NCBI RefSeq assembly: GCF_009914755.1
Contig: NC_060948.1
From: the human T2T-CHM13v2.0 reference genome, Homo sapiens
Reading direction: 5' to 3' (one strand)
DNA length: 64,000 nucleotides
Positions 38,409 through 57,758 of this stretch are shown here, piece by piece. The notes beneath the pieces are model-generated. The model was given only the letters and a program-made list of their open reading frames with translations, did not search any database and was not told the origin of the DNA. The stretch's first letter is position 1; each line of letters opens with the position of its first letter. Position numbers and translations under genes: made by a program.

Positions 38409-40515
38409 AGATCCATATTTTTTAAATGAAAAAAAATTTCAAAGGTACTCTGCTTGGTACAATAATCAAATGTATAAACTGAGGAATAAAACATAACCAT
38501 GAAACCTACTTATAACTGCATATGGAAAATACAGAGGATAATTTTTTAAATAACATATTTTGAAAGCCTTAACTAGTAATTTGAAGAGTTGGCATTTGAA
38601 AGGCCAGTATGAATATACCTTCAAAGCAGCAACACAGGTTCCCCATGAGAAAAAGCAAACTCAGGGAAAATAAAAACACAAAGGTTCAATCTCTTCTGAC
38701 CTTTGAAAGACACAGCACAGACAGTGGTCCTTAGGACGAAGAGCAGGAGACCCCTAATTCCGTCACCATGGCGATAGGGCATAAACATTGCTGGGTGAGG
38801 GCACAATCCACATTGAGAGGTCCAACTGCTGCCAGGAAGACAGGAGTGCTTTTACATAGACCGAAAGGTCATTGAAGGCTCAGAGTTTTGTTTCAAGAAC
38901 TGAATCCCAAGCCCACACGTTATTAGGCTGCGCTTCTTAAAACAAGTTATGAGATGGGAAAAAGGGCACCCACAAACATACGTATACATTATGTATATAA
39001 TAATATACAGTATCATATATATAATATATATAACCTATGTATAATATTGTTTTACATCCTGCATCTTATATTATATATATTGTATAAAATATAATAATTC
39101 ATAATACATAACGTTTATATTTATACAATATGACATATAGTATATATTATAATTTATGACATATATAATATATGTTATATATCATATATAGAATATATTA
39201 TACGGTTAATATACGTATTAAATATAAATTATACATTATATATATTATATAAAATATATCTGTTATATATAATACCCTTTATGCATAATATATATATTAT
39301 GTCTATGTTATATATAGTATGAAACAACATATAATAATATATAATTGTATATATAAAATGCGACATATAATATATATTATATTTTATGACATATGTAATA
39401 TATATTATATATTATATATAATACGTTGTATGTATAATACCTATATTAAATATATATTATATGACTATGTTATTAATTACATGTCACATATGTTATATAT
39501 TATATATTTTACATAGAATATACCGGTTACATACAATATATACTATGTTACCTATAATGTATAATTGATTACATGTAAAATAAAGAATGCAATATATTAT
39601 GTATAATTTATAATATACAATATGTGGAATGTGATATATATAACATATAATATATGATATATGATATACAGTATATGATATATAACACACAATATATGAT
39701 ACCTAATATATATGGTATACAATATATATTTTATGATATGTATTCTATATGTTTTATATTCTGTTATATATAACTATTTGAAATTATATATAACTGTGTA
39801 ATATTTTATGTAAATATGTAATATAATATATATAACTATATAATATATTATATATAACTATATATTATGTTATATATACTTTTATAACATAATTTACATT
39901 AAATATCATAATATAATATATATTATATTATTTCACATTACATAATATATATTACATATCACCCAATATAACTAACATACATAATATTATAATATAGATT
40001 ATATTATGTTATGTTAAATATCATATATATCATGTATCATATATTCTATAATATATATTACACATTATATAATATGTATGTTGTCTATTATGTGATATAT
40101 ATAACTATATATATAATTATATTTTTATACATATAACTAGATAAACATGTAATTCTACATATTTTCATTTATAATATGTAGAATGATATAAACATATATA
40201 ATTATTTATATTGTATAAAAAATTTTATCATTATATAAATTATAATATATAAAAATTATAATATGTACTACAAATATATATATATTATATATCATATATG
40301 ATATAGTACCTTTGTTATATATCATAATACATATAAATGTGTATTATGTTATCTATAATTATATAATTTCATATATTAGATGTATAATATGTATCATATA
40401 TTATATATGTTATGTAATATATATAGTATATATAAGATGACACAGGATAAATATTATATACTATGACATATAAAATATATGAGGTTATATGTTACATATA
40501 AGGCATAGCACATAA

Positions 40516-40830
<315 letters not shown>

Positions 40831-42960
40831 AGATCCGTATTTTTTAAATGAAAAAAAATTTCAAAGGTACTCTGCTTGGTACAATAATCAAATGTATAAA
40901 CTGAGGAATAAAACATAACCATGAAACCTACTTATAACTGCATATGGAAAATACAGAGGATAATTTTTTAAATAACATATTTTGAAAGCCTTAACTAGTA
41001 ATTTGAAGAGTTGGCATTTGAAAGGCCAGTATGAATATACCTTCAAAGCAGCAACACAGGTTCCCCATGAGAAAAAGCAAACACAGGGAAAATAAAAACA
41101 CAAAGGTTCAATCTCTTCTGACCTTTGAAAGACACAGCACAGACAGTGGTCCTTAGGACGAAGAGCAGGAGACCCCTAATTCCGTCACCATGGCGATAGG
41201 GCATAAACATTGCTGGGTGAGGGCACAATCCACATTGTGAGGTCCAACTGCTGCCAGGAAGACAGGCGTGCTTTTACATAGACCGAAAGGTCATTGAAGG
41301 CTCAGAGTTTTGTTTCAAGAACTGAATCCCAAGCCCACACGTTATTAGGCTGCGCTTCTTAAAACAAGTTATGAGATGGGAAAAAGGGCACCCACAAACA
41401 TACGTATACATTATGTATATAATAATATACAGTGTCATATATATAATATATATAACCTATGTATAATATTGTTTTACATCTTGCATCTTATGTTATATAT
41501 ATTGTATAAAATATAATTATTGATAATATATAAGTTTTATAATTATGCTACATGACATATAGTATATATTATAATTTATGACATATATAATATATGTTAT
41601 ATATCATATATAGAATATATTATACGGTTAATATACGTATTAAATATAAATTATACATTATATATATTATATATAATATATCTGGTATATATAATACCCA
41701 TTATGCATAATATATATATTATGTCTATGTTATATATAGTATAAAACAACATATAATAATATATAATTGTATATATAAAATGCGACATATAATATATATT
41801 ATATTTTATAACATATGTAATATATATTATATATTATATATAATACGTTGTATGTATAATACCTATATTAAATATATATTATATGACTATGTTATTAATT
41901 ACATGTCACATGTGTTATATATTATATATTTTACATAGAATATACCAGTTACATACAATATATACTATGTTACCTATAATGTATAATTTATTACATGTAA
42001 AATAAAGAATGCAATATATTATGTAAAATTTATAACATACAATATGTGGAATGTGATATATATAACATATAATATATGATATATGATATACAGTATATGA
42101 TATATAACATACAATATATGATTCCTAATATATATGGTATACAATATATATTTTATGATATGAATTCTATATGTTTTATATTCTGTTATATATAACTATT
42201 TGAAATTATATATAACTGTATAATATTTTATGTAAATATGTAATATAATATATATAACTATATAATATATTATATATAACTATATATTATGTTATATATA
42301 CTTTTATAACATAATTTACATAAAATATCATAATATAATATATATTATATTATTTCATATTACATAATATATATTACATATCACCCAATATAACTAACAT
42401 ACATAATATTATAATATAGATTATATTCTGTTATATTAAATATCATATATATCATGTATCATATATTCTATAATATATATTACACATTATATAATATGTA
42501 TGTTGTCTATTATGTGATATATATAACTATATATATAATTATATTTTTATACATATAACTAGATAAACATGTAATTCTACATATTTTCATTTATAATATG
42601 TAGAATTATATAATCATATATAATTATTAATATTCTATAAAAAATTTTATCATTATATAAATTATAATATATAAAAATTATAATATGTACTACAAATATA
42701 TATATATTATATATCATATATGATATAGTACCTTTGTTATATATCATAATACATATAAATGTCTATTATGTTATCTATAATTATATAATTTCATATATAA
42801 GATGTATAATATGTATCATATATTATATATGTTATGTAATATATATAGTATATATAAAATGACACAGGATAAATATTATATACTATGACATATAAAATAT
42901 ATGAGGTTATATGTTACATATAAGGCATAGCACATAACATGTAATATATATCATATATAA

Positions 42961-43252
42961 TTTTTTTTTAGACAGAATCTTGTCCTGTTGCACAGGGTGG
43001 GGTACAATGCCGCCATCTTTGCTCACTGCAACTTCTGCCTCACGGGTCCAAGCGATTGTCCTCCCTCAGCCTCCCAGGTAGCTGGGACTACACCACACTG
43101 GGACTACACCAGCTGCCACCATGCCTAGCTAATTTTTTGGATTTTTAGTAGTGACAGCGTTTCACTGTATTGGCCAGGATGGTCTTGATCTCTTCACCTT
43201 GTGATCCCCTTGCCTTGGCCTCCAAATTTGCTGGGATTACAGGCCTGAGCCA
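42961..43252 (-). mobile_element. Alu copy in U18
   Basis: Near-identical to 1846-2137. Confidence 0.95.
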
Positions 43253-45357
43253 AGATCCATATTTTTTAAATGAAAAAAAATTTCAAAGGTACTCTGCTTG
43301 GTACAATAATCAAATGTATAAACTGAGGAATAAAACATAACCATGAAACCTACTTATAACTGCATATGGAAAATACAGAGGATAATTTTTTAAATAACAT
43401 ATTTTGAAAGCCTTAACTAGTAATTTGAAGAGTTGGCATTTGAAAGGCCAGTATGAATATACCTTCAAAGCAGCAACACAGGTTCCCCATGAGAAAAAGC
43501 AAACACAGGGAAAATAAAAACACAAAGGTTCAATCTCTTCTGACCTTTGAAAGACACAGCACAGACAGTGGTCCTTAGGACGAAGAGCAGGAGACCCCTA
43601 ATTCCGTCACCATGGCGATAGGGCATAAACATTGCTGGGTGAGGGCACAATCCACATTATGAGGTCCAACTGCTGCCAGGAAGACAGGAGTGCTTTTACA
43701 TAGACTGAAAGGTCATTGAAGGCTCAGAGTTTTGTTTCAAGAACTGAATCCCAAGCCCACACGTTATTAGGCTGCGCTTCTTAAAACAAGTTATGAGATG
43801 GGAAAAAGGGCACCCACAAACATACGTATACATTATGTATATAATAATATACAGTGTCATATATATAATATATATAACCTAGGTATAATATTGTTTTACA
43901 TCCTGCATCTTATGTTATTTATATTGTATAAAATATAATAATTGATAATATATAAGTTTTATAATTATACAATATGACATATAGTATATATTATAATTTA
44001 TGACATATATAATATATGTTATATATCATATATAGAATATATTATACGGTTAATATACGTATTAAATATAAATTATACATTATATATATTATATATAATA
44101 TATCTGTTATATATAATACCCATTATGCATAATATATATATTATGTCTATGTTATATATAGTATAAAACAACATATAATAATATATAATTGTATATATAA
44201 AATGCGACATATAATATATATTATATTTTATAACATATGTAATATATATTATATATTATATATAATACGTTGTATGTATAATACCTATATTAAATATATA
44301 TTATATGACTATGTTATTAATTACATGTCACATGTGTTATATATAATATATTTTACATAGAATATACCGGTTACATACAATATATACTATGTTACCTATA
44401 ATATATAATTTATTACATGTAAAATAAAGAATGCAATATATTATGTAAAATTTATAATATACAATATGTGGAATGTGATATATTTAACATATAATATATG
44501 ATATATGATATACAGTATATGATATATAACATACAATATATGATTCCTAATATATATCGTATACAATATATATTTTATGATATGTATTCTATATGTTTTA
44601 TATTCTGTTATATATAACTATTTGAAATTATATATAACTGTATAATATTTTATGTAAATATGTACTATAATATATATAACTATATAATATATTATATATA
44701 ACTATATATTATGTTATGTATACTTTTATAACATAATTTACATAAAATATCATAATATAATATATATTATATTATTTCATATTACATAATATATATTACA
44801 TATCACCCAATATAACTAACATACATAATATTATAATATAGATTATATTGTGTTATATTAAATATCATATATATCTTGTATCATATATTCTATAATATAT
44901 ATTACACATTATATAATATGTATGTTGTCTATTATGTGATATATATAACTATATATATAATTATATTTTTATACATATAACTAGATAAACATGTAATTCT
45001 ACATATTTTCATTTATAATATGTAGAATTATATAATCATATATAATTATTTATATTCTATAAAAAATTTTATCATTATATAAATTATAATATATAAAAAT
45101 TATAATATGTACTACAAATATATATATTATATATCATATATGATATAGTACCTTTGTTATATATCACAATACATATAAATGTGTATTATGTTATCTATAA
45201 TTATATAATTTCATATATAAGATGTATAATATGTACCTTATATTATATAAGTTATGTAATATATATAGTATATATAAGATGACACAGGATAAATATTATA
45301 TACTATGACATATAAAATATATGAGGTTATATGTTACATATAAGGCATAGCACATAA

Positions 45358-45672
<315 letters not shown>

Positions 45673-47777
45673 AGATCCATATTTTTTAAATGAAAAAAAA
45701 TTTCAAAGGTACTCTGCTTGGTACAATAATCAAATGTATAAACTGAGGAATAAAACATAACCATGAAACCTACTTATAACTGCATATGGAAAATACAGAG
45801 GATAATTTTTTAAATAACATATTTTGAAAGCCTTAACTAGTAATTTGAAGAGTTGGCATTTGAAAGGCCAGTATGAATATACCTTCAAAGCAGCAACACA
45901 GGTTCCCCATGAGAAAAAGCAAACACAGGGAAAATAAAAACACAAAGGTTCAATCTCTTCTGACCTTTGAAAGACACAGCACAGACAGTGGTCCTTAGGA
46001 CGAAGAGCAGGAGACCCCTAATTCCGTCATCATGGCGATAGCGCATAAACATTGCTGGGTGAGGGCACAATCCACATTGTGAGGTCCAACTGCTGCCAGG
46101 AAGACAGGAGTGCTTTTACATAGACCGAAAGGTCATTGAAGGCTCAGAGTTTTGTTTCAAGGACTGAATCCCAAGCCCACACGTTATTAGGCTGCGCTTC
46201 TTAAAACAAGTTATGAGATGGGAAAAAGGGCACCCACAAACATACGTATACATTATGTATATAATAATATACAGTATCATATATATAATATATATAACCT
46301 ATATATAATATTGTTTTACATCCTGCATCTTATGTTATATATATTGTATAAAATATAATAATTGATAATATATAAGTTTTATAATTATACAATATGACAT
46401 ATAGTATATATTATAATTTATGACATATATAATATATGTTATATATCATATATAGAATATATTATACGGTTAATATACGTATTAAATATAAATTATACAT
46501 TATATATATTATATATAATATATCTGTTATATATAATACCCATTATGCATAATATATATATTATGTCTATGTTATATATAGTATAAAACAACATATAATA
46601 ATATATAATTGTATATATAAAATGCGACATATAATATATATTATATTTTATAACATATGTAATATATATTATATATTATATATAATACGTTGTATGTATA
46701 ATACCTATATTAAATATATATTATATGACTATGTTATTAATTACATGTCACATGTGTTATATATAATATATTTTACATAGAATATACCGGTTACATACAA
46801 TATATACTATGTTACCTATAATATATAATTTATTACATGTAAAATAAAGAATGCAATATATTATGTAAAATTTATAATATACAATATGTGGAATGTGATA
46901 TACTTAACATATAATATATGATATATGATATACAGTATATGATATATAACATACAATATATGATTCCTAATATATATCGTATACAATATATATTTTATGA
47001 TATGTATTCTATATGTTTTATATTCTGTTATATATAACTATTTGAAATTATATATAACTGTATAATATTTTATGTAAATATGTACTATAATATATATAAC
47101 TATATAATATATTATATATAACTATATATTATGTTATATATACTTTTATAACATAATTTACATAAAATATCATAATATAATATATATTATATTATTTCAT
47201 ATTACATAATATATATTACATATCACCCAATATAACTAACATACATAATATTATAATATAGATTATATTGTGTTATATTAAATATCATATATATCTTGTA
47301 TCATATATTCTATAATATATATTACACATTATATAATATGTATGTTGTCTATTATGTGATATATATAACTATATATATAATTATATTTTTATACATATAA
47401 CTAGATAAACATGTAATTCTACATATTTTCATTTATAATATGTAGAATTATATAATCATATATAATTATTTATATTCTATAAAAAATTTTATCATTATAT
47501 AAATTATAATATATAAAAATTATAATATGTACTACAAATATATATATTATATATCATATATGATATAGTACCTTTGTTATATATCACAATACATATAAAT
47601 GTGTATTATGTTATCTATAATTATATAATTTCATATATAAGATGTATAATATGTACCTTATATTATATAAGTTATGTAATATATATAGTATATATAAGAT
47701 GACACAGGATAAATATTATATACTATGACATATAAAATATATGAGGTTATATGTTACATATAAGGCATAGCACATAA

Positions 47778-48092
<315 letters not shown>

Positions 48093-50197
48093 AGATCCAT
48101 ATTTTTTAAATGAAAAAAAATTTCAAAGGTACTCTGCTTGGTACAATAATCAAATGTATAAACTGAGGAATAAAACATAACCATGAAACCTACTTATAAC
48201 TGCATATGGAAAATACAGAGGATAATTTTTTAAATAACATATTTTGAAAGCCTTAACTAGTAATTTGAAGAGTTGGCATTTGAAAGGCCAGTATGAATAT
48301 ACCTTCAAAGCAGCAACACAGGTTCCCCATGAGAAAAAGCAAACACAGGGAAAATAAAAACACAAAGGTTCAATCTCTTCTGACCTTTGAAAGACACAGC
48401 ACAGACAGTGGTCCTTAGGACGAAGAGCAGGAGACCCCTAATTCCGTCATCATGGCGATAGCGCATAAACATTGCTGGGTGAGGGCACAATCCACATTGT
48501 GAGGTCCAACTGCTGCCAGGAAGACAGGAGTGCTTTTACATAGACCGAAAGGTCATTGAAGGCTCAGAGTTTTGTTTCAAGGACTGAATCCCAAGCCCAC
48601 ACGTTATTAGGCTGCGCTTCTTAAAACAAGTTATGAGATGGGAAAAAGGGCACCCACAAACATACGTATACATTATGTATATAATAATATACAGTATCAT
48701 ATATATAATATATATAACCTATATATAATATTGTTTTACATCCTGCATCTTATGTTATATATATTGTATAAAATATAATAATTGATAATATATAAGTTTT
48801 ATAATTATACAATATGACATATAGTATATATTATAATTTATGACATATATAATATATGTTATATATCATATATAGAATATATTATACGGTTAATATACGT
48901 ATTAAATATAAATTATACATTATATATATTATATATAATATATCTGTTATATATAATACCCATTATGCATAATATATATATTATGTCTATGTTATATATA
49001 GTATAAAACAACATATAATAATATATAATTGTATATATAAAATGCGACATATAATATATATTATATTTTATAACATATGTAATATATATTATATATTATA
49101 TATAATACGTTGTATGTATAATACCTATATTAAATATATATTATATGACTATGTTATTAATTACATGTCACATGTGTTATATATAATATATTTTACATAG
49201 AATATACCGGTTACATACAATATATACTATGTTACCTATAATATATAATTTATTACATGTAAAATAAAGAATGCAATATATTATGTAAAATTTATAATAT
49301 ACAATATGTGGAATGTGATATATTTAACATATAATATATGATATATGATATACAGTATATGATATATAACATACAATATATGATTCCTAATATATATCGT
49401 ATACAATATATATTTTATGATATGTATTCTATATGTTTTATATTCTGTTATATATAACTATTTGAAATTATATATAACTGTATAATATTTTATGTAAATA
49501 TGTACTATAATATATATAACTATATAATATATTATATATAACTATATATTATGTTATATATACTTTTATAACATAATTTACATAAAATATCATAATATAA
49601 TATATATTATATTATTTCATATTACATAATATATATTACATATCACCCAATATAACTAACATACATAATATTATAATATAGATTATATTGTGTTATATTA
49701 AATATCATATATATCTTGTATCATATATTCTATAATATATATTACACATTATATAATATGTATGTTGTCTATTATGTGATATATATAACTATATATATAA
49801 TTATATTTTTATACATATAACTAGATAAACATGTAATTCTACATATTTTCATTTATAATATGTAGAATTATATAATCATATATAATTATTTATATTCTAT
49901 AAAAAATTTTATCATTATATAAATTATAATATATAAAAATTATAATATGTACTACAAATATATATATTATATATCATATATGATATAGTACCTTTGTTAT
50001 ATATCACAATACATATAAATGTGTATTATGTTATCTATAATTATATAATTTCATATATAAGATGTATAATATGTACCTTATATTATATAAGTTATGTAAT
50101 ATATATAGTATATATAAGATGACACAGGATAAATATTATATACTATGACATATAAAATATATGAGGTTATATGTTACATATAAGGCATAGCACATAA

Positions 50198-50512
<315 letters not shown>

Positions 50513-52608
50513 AGATCCATATTTTTTAAATGAAAAAAAATTTCAAAGGTACTCTGCTTGGTACAATAATCAAATGTATAAACTGAGGAATAAAACATAA
50601 CCATGAAACCTACTTATAACTGCATATGGAAAATACAGAGGATAATTTTTTAAATAACATATTTTGAAAGCCTTAACTAGTAATTTGAAGAGTTGGCATT
50701 TGAAAGGCCAGTATGAATATACCTTCAAAGCAGCAACACAGGTTCCCCATGAGAAAAAGCAAACACAGGGAAAATAAAAACACAAAGGTTCAATCTCTTC
50801 TGACCTTTGAAAGACACAGCACAGACAGTGGTCCTTAGGACGAAGAGCAGGAGACCCCTAATTCCGTCATCATGGCGATAGCGCATAAACATTGCTGGGT
50901 GAGGGCACAATCCACATTGTGAGGTCCAACTGCTGCCAGGAAGACAGGAGTGCTTTTACATAGACCGAAAGGTCATTGAAGGCTCAGAGTTTTGTTTCAA
51001 GGACTGAATCCCAAGCCCACACGTTATTAGGCTGCGCTTCTTAAAACAAGTTATGAGATGGGAAAAAGGGCACCCACAAACATACGTATACATTATGTAT
51101 ATAATAATATACAGTATCATATATATAATATATATAACCTATATATAATATTGTTTTACATCCTGCATCTTATGTTATATATATTGTATAAAATATAATA
51201 ATTGATAATATATAAGTTTTATAATTATACAATATGACATATAGTATATATTATAATTTATGACATATATAATATATGTTATATATCATATATAGAATAT
51301 ATTATACGGTTAATATACGTAATAAATATAAATTATACATTATATATATTATATATAATATATCTGTTATATATAATACCCATTATGCATAATATATATA
51401 TTATGTCTATGTTATATATAGTATAAAACAACATATAATAATATATAATTGTATATATAAAATGCGACATATAATATATATTATATTTTATAACATATGT
51501 AATATATATTATATATAATACGTTGTATGTATAATACCTATATTAAATATATATTATATGACTATGTTATTAATTACATGTCACATGTGTTATATATTAT
51601 ATATTTTACATAGAATATACCGGTTACATACAATATATACTATGTTACCTATAATGTATAATTTATTACATGTAAAATAAAGAATGCAATATATTATGTA
51701 TAATTTATAATATACAATATGTGGAATGTGATACATATAACATATAATATATGATATATGATATACAGTACATGATATATAACATACAATATATGATTCC
51801 TAATATATATGGTATACAATATATATTTTATGATATGTATCCTATATGTTTTATATTCTGTTATATATAACTATTTGAAATTATATATAACTGTATAATA
51901 TTTTATGTAAATATGTAATATAATATATATAACTATATAATATATTATATATAACTATATATTATGTTATATATACTTTTATAACATAATTTACATAAAA
52001 TATCATAATATAATATATATTATATTATTTCATATTACATAATATATATTACATATCACCCAATATAAGTAACATACATAATATTATAATATAGATTATA
52101 TTATGTTATGTTAAATATCATATATATCATGTATCATATATTCTATAATATATATTATACATTATATAATATGTATGTTGACTATTATGTGATATATATA
52201 ACTATATATTATTATATTATTATACATATAACTAGATAAACATGTAATTCTACATATTTTCATTTATAATATATAGAATTATATAATCATATATAATTAT
52301 TTATATTCTATAAAAAATTATATCATTATATAAATTATAATATAAAAAAATTATAATATGTACTACAAATATATATATTATATATCATATATGATATAGT
52401 ACCTTTGTTATATATCATAATACATATAAATGTGTATTATGTTATCTATAATTATATAATTTCATATATAAGATGTATAATATGTATTATATATTGTATA
52501 TGTTATGTAATATATATAGTATATATAAGCTGACACAGGATAAATATTATATACTATGACATATAAAATATATGAGGTTATATGTTACATATAAGGCATA
52601 GCACATAA

Positions 52609-52923
<315 letters not shown>

Positions 52924-55046
52924 AGATCCATATTTTGTAAATGAAAAAAAATTTCAAAGGTACTCTGCTTGGTACAATAATCAAATGTATAAACTGAGGA
53001 ATGAAACATAACCATGAAACCTACTTATAACTGCATATGGAAAATACAGAGGATAATTTTTTAAATAACATATTTTGAAAGCCTTAACTAGTAATTTGAA
53101 GAGTTGGCATTTGAAAGGCCAGTATGAATATACCTTCAAAGCAGCAACACAGGTTCCCCATGAGAAAAAGCAAACTCAGGGAAAATAAAACCACAAAGTT
53201 TCAATCTCTTCTGACCTTTGAAAGACACAGCACAGACAGTGGTCCGTAGGACGAAGAGCAGGAGACCCCTAATTCCGTCACCATGGCGATAGGGCATAAA
53301 CATTGCTGGGTGAGGGCACAATCCACATTGTGAGGTCCAACTGCTGCCAGGAAGACAGTACTGCTTTTACATAGACCGAAAGGTCATTGAAGGCTCAGAA
53401 TTATGTTTCAAGAACTGAATCCCAAGCCCACATGTTATTAGGCTGCGCTTCTTAAAACAAGTTATGAGATGGGAAAAAGGGCACCCACAAACATACGTAT
53501 ACATTATGTATATAATAATATACAGTATCATATATATAATATATATAACCTATGTATAATATTGTTTTACATCCTGCATCTTATATTATATATATTGTCT
53601 AAAATATAATAATTGATAATATATAAGTTTTATATTTATACAATATGACATATAGTATATATTATAATTTATGACATATATAATATATGTTATATATCAT
53701 ATATAGAATATATTATACGGTTAATATACGTATTAAATATAAATTATACATTATATATATTATATATAATATATCTGTTATATATAATACCCATTATGCA
53801 TAATATATGTATTATGTCTATGTTATATATAGTATAAAACAACATATAATAATATATAATTTTATATATAAAATGCGACATATAATATATATTATATTTT
53901 ATGACATATGTAATATATATTATATATTATATATAATACGTTGTATGTATAATACCTATATTAAATATATATTATATGACTATGTTATTAATTACATGTC
54001 ACATATGTTATATATTATATATTTTACATAGAATATACCGGTTACATACAATTTATACTATGTTACCTATAATGTATAATTGATTACATGTAAAATAAAG
54101 AATGCAATATATTATGTATAATTTATAATATACAATGTGTGGAATGTGATATATATAACATATAATATATGATATATGATATACAGTATATGATATATAA
54201 CATACAATATATGATACCTAATATATATGGTATACAATATATATTTTATGATATGTATTCTATATGTTTTATAATCTGTTATATATAACTATTTGAAATT
54301 ATATATAACTGTATATTTTATGTAAATATGTAATATAATATATATAACTATATAATATATTATATATAACTATATATTATGTTATATAAACTTTTATAAC
54401 ATAATTTACATAAAATGTCATAATATAATATATATTATATTATTTCACATTACATAATATATATTACATATCACCCAATATAAGTAACATACATAATATT
54501 ATAATATAGATTATATTATGTTATATTAAATATCATATATATCATGTATCATATATTCTATAATATATATTACACATTATATAATATGTATGTTGTCTAT
54601 TATGTGATATATATAACTATATATAATTATATTATTATACATATAACTAGATACACATGTAATTCTACATATTTTCATTTATAATATATAGAATTATATA
54701 ATCATATATAATTATTTATATTCTATAAAAAATTATATCTTTATATAAATTATAATATAAAAAAATTATAATATGTACTACAAATATATATATTATATAT
54801 CATATATGATATAGTACCTTTGTTATATATCATAATACATATAAATGTGTATTATGTTATCTATAATTATATAATTTCATATATAAGATGTATAATATGT
54901 ATTATATATTGTATATGTTATGTAATATATATAGTATATATAAGCTGACACAGGATAAATATTATATACTATGACATATAAAATATATGAGGTTATATGT
55001 TACATATAAGGCATAGCACATAACATGTAATATATATCATATATAA

Positions 55047-55338
55047 TTTTTTTTTAGACAGAGTCTTGTCGTGCTGCACAGGGTGAAGTACAATGGCGCC
55101 ATCTTTGCTCACTGCAACATCTGCCTCTCGGGTCCAAGCGATTGTCCTCCCTCAACCTCTCAGGTAGCTGGGACTACACCACACTGGGACTACACCAGCT
55201 GCCACCATGCCTAGCTAATTTTTTGGATTTTTAGTAGTGACAGCCTTTCACTGTATTGGCCAGGATGGTCTTGATCTCTTCACCTTGTGATCCCCTTGCC
55301 TTGGCCTCCAAATTTGCTGGGATTACAGGCCTGAGCCA
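55047..55338 (-). mobile_element. Alu copy in U23
   Basis: Near-identical to 1846-2137. Confidence 0.95.
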
Positions 55339-57466
55339 AGATCCATATTTTTTAAATGAAAAAAAATTTCAAAGGTACTCTGCTTGGTACAATAATCAAA
55401 TGTATAAACTGAGGAATAAAACATAACCATGAAACCTACTTATAACTGCATATGGAAAATACAGAGGATAATTTTTTAAATAACATATTTTGAAAGCCTT
55501 AACTAGTAATTTGAAGAGTTGGCATTTGTAAGGCCAGTATGAATATACCTTCAAAGCAGCAACACAGGTTCCCCATGAGAAAAAGCAAACTCAGGGAAAA
55601 TAAAACCACAAAGGTTCAATCTCTTCTGACCTTTGAAAGACACAGCACAGACAGTGGTCCTTAGGACGAAGAGCAGGAGACCCCTAATTCCGTCACCATG
55701 GCGATAGGGCATAAACATTGCTGGGTGAGGGCACAATCCACATTGTGAGGTCCAACTGCTGCCAGGAAGACAGGAGTGCTTTTACATAGACCGAAAGGTC
55801 ATTGAAGGCTCAGAGTTTTGTTTCAAGAACTGAATCCCAAGCCCACACGTTATTAGGATGCGCTTCTTAAAACAAGTTATGAGATGGGAAAAAGGGCACC
55901 CACAAACATACGTACACATTATGTATATAATAATATACAGTATCATACATAAAATATGTATAACCTATGTATAATATTGTTTTACATCCTGCATCTTATA
56001 TTATATATATTGTATAAAATATAATAATTGATAATATATAAGATTTATATTTATACAATATGACATATAGTATATATTATAATTTATGACATATATAATA
56101 TATGTTACATATCATATATAGAATATATTATACGGTTAATATACGTATTAAATATAAATTATACATTATATATATTATATAAAATATATCTGTTATATAT
56201 AATACCCATTATGCATAATATATATATTATGTCTATGTTATATATAGTATAAAACAACATATAATAATATATAATTGTATATATAAAATGCGACATATAA
56301 TATATATTATATTTTATGACATATGTAATATATATTATATATTATATATAATACGTTGTATGTATAATACCTATATTAAATATATATTATATGACTATGT
56401 TATTAATTACATGTCACATATGTTATATATTATATATTTTACATAGAATATACCGGTTACATACAATAGATACTATGTTACCTATAATGTATAATTGATT
56501 ACATGTAAAATAAAGAATGCAATATATTATGTATAATTTATAATATACAATATGTGGAATGTGATATATATAACATATAATATATGATATATGATATACA
56601 GTATATGATATATAACATACAATATATGATACCTAATATATATGGTATACAATATATATTTTATGATATGTATTCTATATGTTTTATATTCTGTTATATA
56701 TAACTATTTGAAATTATATATAACTGTATAATATTTTATGTAAATATGTAATATAATATATATAACTATATAATATATTATATATAACTATATATTATGT
56801 TATATATACTTTTATAACATAATTTACATAAAATGTCATAATATAATATATATTATATTATTTCACATTACATAATATATATTACATATCACCCAATATA
56901 AGTAACATACATAATATTATAATATAGATTATATTATGTTATATTAAATATCATATATATCATGTATCATATATTCTATAATATATATTACACATTATAT
57001 ATTATGTATGTTGTCTATTTTGTGATATATAAAACTATATATATAATTATATTATTATACATATAACTAGGTAAACATGTAATTCTACATATTTTCATTT
57101 GTAATATATAGAATTATATAATCATATATAATTATATATATTCTATAAAAAATTATATCATTATATAAATTATAATATAAAAAAATTATAATATGTACTA
57201 CAAATATATATATTATATATCATATATGATATAGTACCTTTGTTATATATCATAATACATATAAATGTGTATTATTTTATCTATAATTATATAATTTCAT
57301 ATATAAGATGTATAATATGTATTATATATTGTCTATGTTATGTAATATATATAGTATATGTAAGCTGACACAGGATAAATATTATATACTATGACATATA
57401 AAATATATGAGGTTATATGTTACATATAAGGCATAGCACATAACATGTAATATATATCATATATAA

Positions 57467-57758
<292 letters not shown>
